In this document: in pieces, positions 60,500 to 64,000 of the stretch
How the letters are laid out: each line of letters opens with the position of its first letter
Numbering within the stretch: the stretch's first letter is position 1
Assembly (NCBI RefSeq): GCF_009914755.1
Contig: NC_060931.1
Length of the DNA: 64,000 nucleotides
Source of the DNA: the human T2T-CHM13v2.0 reference genome, Homo sapiens
Direction: 5' to 3' (one strand)
Notes under the pieces: model-generated
Seen by the model: only the letters and a program-made list of their open reading frames with translations
The model's database searches: none
Told to the model about the DNA's origin: nothing
Position numbers and translations under genes: made by a program

Positions 60500-61138
60500 A
60501 TAGGAACAATTTTACACTGTTGGTGGGACTGTAAACTAGTTCAACCATTGTGGAAGTCAGTGTGGAGATTCCTCAGGGATCTAGAACTAGAAATACCATT
60601 TGACCCAGCTATCCAATTACTGGGTATATACCCAAAGGATTATAAATCATGCTGCTATAAAGACACATGCAAACGTATGTTTATTGCGGCACTATTTACC
60701 ATAGCAAAGACTTGGAACCAACCCAAATGTCCAACAATGATAGACTGGATTAAGAAAATGTGGCACATATACACCATGGAATACTATGCAGCCATAAAAA
60801 AGGATGAGCTCATGTCCTTTGTAGGGACATGGATGAAGCTGGAAACCATCATTCTCAGCAAACTATCGCAAGGACAAAAAACCAAACACTGTATGTTCTC
60901 ACTCATAGGTGGGAATTGAACAATGAGAACACATGGACACAGGAAGGGGAACATCACACACCAGGGCCTGTTGTGGGCTGGGGGGAGGGGGGAGGGATAG
61001 CATTAGGAGATATACCTAATATTAAATGACGAGTTAATGGGTGCCGCACACCAACATGGCACATGTATACATATGTAACAAACCTACACGTTGTGCACAT
61101 GTACCCTAAAACTTAAAGTATAATTAAAAAAAAAAAAA
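60500..61138 (+). mobile_element. 5'-truncated L1PA (ORF2 C-terminus, 3'UTR, polyA), inserted into an older MLT1-like LTR
   Basis: ORF 60548-60919 is the L1 ORF2p C-terminus (...WIKKMWHIYTMEYYAAIKKDE...SLIGGN). TSD agaactaagaa at 60489-60499 and 61139-61149. Confidence 0.93.
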
Positions 61139-62455
61139 AGAACTAAGAAGTCTAGTACAGGCTTGGGTTCAGGCACAATAAAGACAGTAATTCAACACCA
61201 TCATCAATGCCCCAGTTCTTTTCATATCTTCACTGTGTGTCCTCATTGTGGGCTTCATCCTCAAGCTGGTTCACCTAATGGTCACAACAAGGCAGTGGCC
61301 AGAAAAGCTATGTGCTGACTGGCTAAAAAGAATCATTCTCTGGAGTAAACAAACTTGGTGCTTTTTTAGGAAGAAGGGGAGAAGTGAATTGATATTGGAG
61401 AGATAAGCAATGTCTTCTCTACTTTGCTACTATTTTAATTTTTCAAAGTATATTTATTGCTTCCAAGCTTGTGAATGTAATTCATTTCACTGCAGAAAAT
61501 TTGGAAAACAGAGGGTATAAAAAAAAAAAAACTCACACATGATCCCATTACATGAAACAACCATTGTTAACATTTTGGTGCATTTGGTTTAAAAATGTAT
61601 ACAATATGGATAACAATTGTACACATGTGTATATAATCTTAATTAATTTGTAAATGTGATTTTAATGGCACAATAATATTCAATCAAATGGAAACAGCAT
61701 AACTTATTCAACCAATTATATTGTCACTCATTTATATTATTTTCCTTTTCATTATTATATATAATACAGAAATTAATACCATTGGATGTAATATTTCACT
61801 TTATTTCTGATTTACTTCTGTAGTAAAATTTCCATTGAGATTACTGGACCAAACATGTTAAGGCTCTTTTACCATATTGCCAAATAAACACATCTTACAT
61901 ATTTATAATAAGAAAAACTTAAATTAATGAAATAAAAACTGGGAATTATATTTGCCCTGGTAACTTCACAGGCTGGTATAATTATCAGATGATATAATTG
62001 CTAAAAAATGTTTTGTGAAAATTTAAGCATTATATAAAAGGTATTATTTGGATGCAAATAAATACAAAACACTTGAAACTGCTTTATGACAATAATCTCT
62101 CAGGGATTCATGTATGATTTTTATTGCACACACTGTCATCACTTTAAACAACTTCCAACATTTCACATCCTACCTGTTAATAGAAGCAACTTTTGTCTTA
62201 ATTACTCAAGTATTTATACTCATAGAACTTTAATGATCTATTCATTAATTTAAAAAATTATTAAGGATATAACTGTGTGCTACGAAGAAGGCCATGAAGC
62301 TAGGAGTATCCTAGTATAATTGAATGTTGAAGACAAACATAATCAACTAAAATAAATGTGATAAGTGATATAACGAAGAACATTTTACTATGAGACCCAA
62401 GAAAAAGAAATAATTAATGTTTTCCTTCCTTCTCCTATTTTGTCCTTTACTTCAA

Positions 62456-62768
62456 TTTATTTATTTATTATTAATATTATTATTTTTTGAGACGGAGTTT
62501 CACTCTTGTTGCCAACCTGGAGTGCAGTGGCGTGATCTCAGCTCACTGCACACTCCGCTTTCTGGTTTCAAGCGATTCTCCTGCCTCAGCCTCCTGAGTA
62601 GCTGGGACTACAGTCACACACCACCACGCCCGGCTAATTTTTGTATTTTTAGTAGAGTTGGGGTTTCACCATGTTGGCCAGACTGGTCTCGAACTCCTGA
62701 CCTTGTGATCCGCCAGCCTCTGCCTCCCAAAGAGCTGGGATTACAGGCGTGAGCCACCGCGCTCGGCC
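62456..62768 (-). mobile_element. AluS
   Basis: Antisense Alu; TSD cttt(ac/gc)(t/a)tcaattt on both sides. Confidence 0.93.
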
Positions 62769-64000
62769 CTTTGCATCAATTTCTACAGCTTGTTTTCTTT
62801 GCCTGGACTTTACAAGTCTTACCTTGTTCTGCCTTCAGATATTTGTGTGGTCTCATTCTGGTGTGCCAGTAGCTAAAAATCCATGATTTGCTCTCATCCC
62901 ACTCCTGTTGTTCATCTCCTCTTATCTGGGGTCACATATCTCTTCGTGATTGCATTCTGATCCCCAGTACTTAGCATGTGCGTAACAACTCTGCCTCTGC
63001 TTTCCCAGGCTGTTGATGGGGTGCTGTTCATGCCTCAGAAAAATGCATTGTAAGTTAAATTATTAAAGATTTTAAATATAGGAAAAAAGTAAGCAAACAT
63101 AAGGAACAAAAAGGAAAGAACATGTATTCTAATCCATTATTTATTATACAATTAAGAAATTTGGAAACTTTAGATTACACTGCTTTTAGAGATGGAGATG
63201 TAGTAAGTCTTTTACTCTTTACAAAATACATGTGTTAGCAATTTTGGGAAGAATAGTAACTCACCCGAACAGTGTAATGTGAATATGTCACTTACTAGAG
63301 GAAAGAAGGCACTTGAAAAACATCTCTAAACCGTATAAAAACAATTACATCATAATGATGAAAACCCAAGGAATTTTTTTAGAAAACATTACCAGGGCTA
63401 ATAACAAAGTAGAGCCACATGTCATTTATCTTCCCTTTGTGTCTGTGTGAGAATTCTAGAGTTATATTTGTACATAGCATGGAAAAATGAGAGGCTAGTT
63501 TATCAACTAGTTCATTTTTAAAAGTCTAACACATCCTAGGTATAGGTGAACTGTCCTCCTGCCAATGTATTGCACATTTGTGCCCAGATCCAGCATAGGG
63601 TATGTTTGCCATTTACAAACGTTTATGTCTTAAGAGAGGAAATATGAAGAGCAAAACAGTGCATGCTGGAGAGAGAAAGCTGATACAAATATAAATGAAA
63701 CAATAATTGGAAAAATTGAGAAACTACTCATTTTCTAAATTACTCATGTATTTTCCTAGAATTTAAGTCTTTTAATTTTTGATAAATCCCAATGTGAGAC
63801 AAGATAAGTATTAGTGATGGTATGAGTAATTAATATCTGTTATATAATATTCATTTTCATAGTGGAAGAAATAAAATAAAGGTTGTGATGATTGTTGATT
63901 ATTTTTTCTAGAGGGGTTGTCAGGGAAAGAAATTGCTTTTTTTCATTCTCTCTTTCCACTAAGAAAGTTCAACTATTAATTTAGGCACATACAATAATTA

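Noticed and set aside
60548-60919. Intact-looking 123-aa ORF
   Set aside because: It is the C-terminus of L1 ORF2p in a 5'-truncated copy with no promoter.
62400-64000. Familiar-looking terminal sequence, suspected chimera or foreign insert
   Set aside because: There is no junction or composition shift and the Alu TSD is intact. It is consistent with native intergenic DNA, and no coding exon of the downstream gene is visible inside the window.

Overview
Human (primate) genomic DNA, AT-rich and dense in repeats. The only protein-coding sequence I can support is a 152-nt terminal exon on the + strand (39106-39257), which is missing from the ORF track. It encodes ...[50 protein letters not shown], which I recognise as the C-terminus of VWC2 (brorin, a secreted neural BMP antagonist on chr7p12). 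Positions 1-39105 are the distal part of its long last intron, full of Alu, L1, LTR and DNA-transposon copies. Positions ~39258-49020 are strikingly repeat-poor and carry proximal and distal poly(A) signals, consistent with a ~10-kb extended 3'UTR. Positions ~49450-64000 are intergenic repeats (ERVL remnants, a complete THE1 provirus, L1PA, Alus) running toward the convergent neighbour, which I recall (unverified) is ZPBP. I found no novel gene system. The best second-look items are: a ~360-bp L1 insertion with both a twin-priming inversion and a 3' transduction; a pair of strong minus-strand splice sites that define an L1-derived antisense exon; a MER41 LTR with intact tandem STAT/GAS sites; a human-specific AluYb8 forming a close inverted Alu pair; and several template-switch or duplication scars. 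Repeat subfamily names come from recalled consensus sequences, not from a RepeatMasker run.
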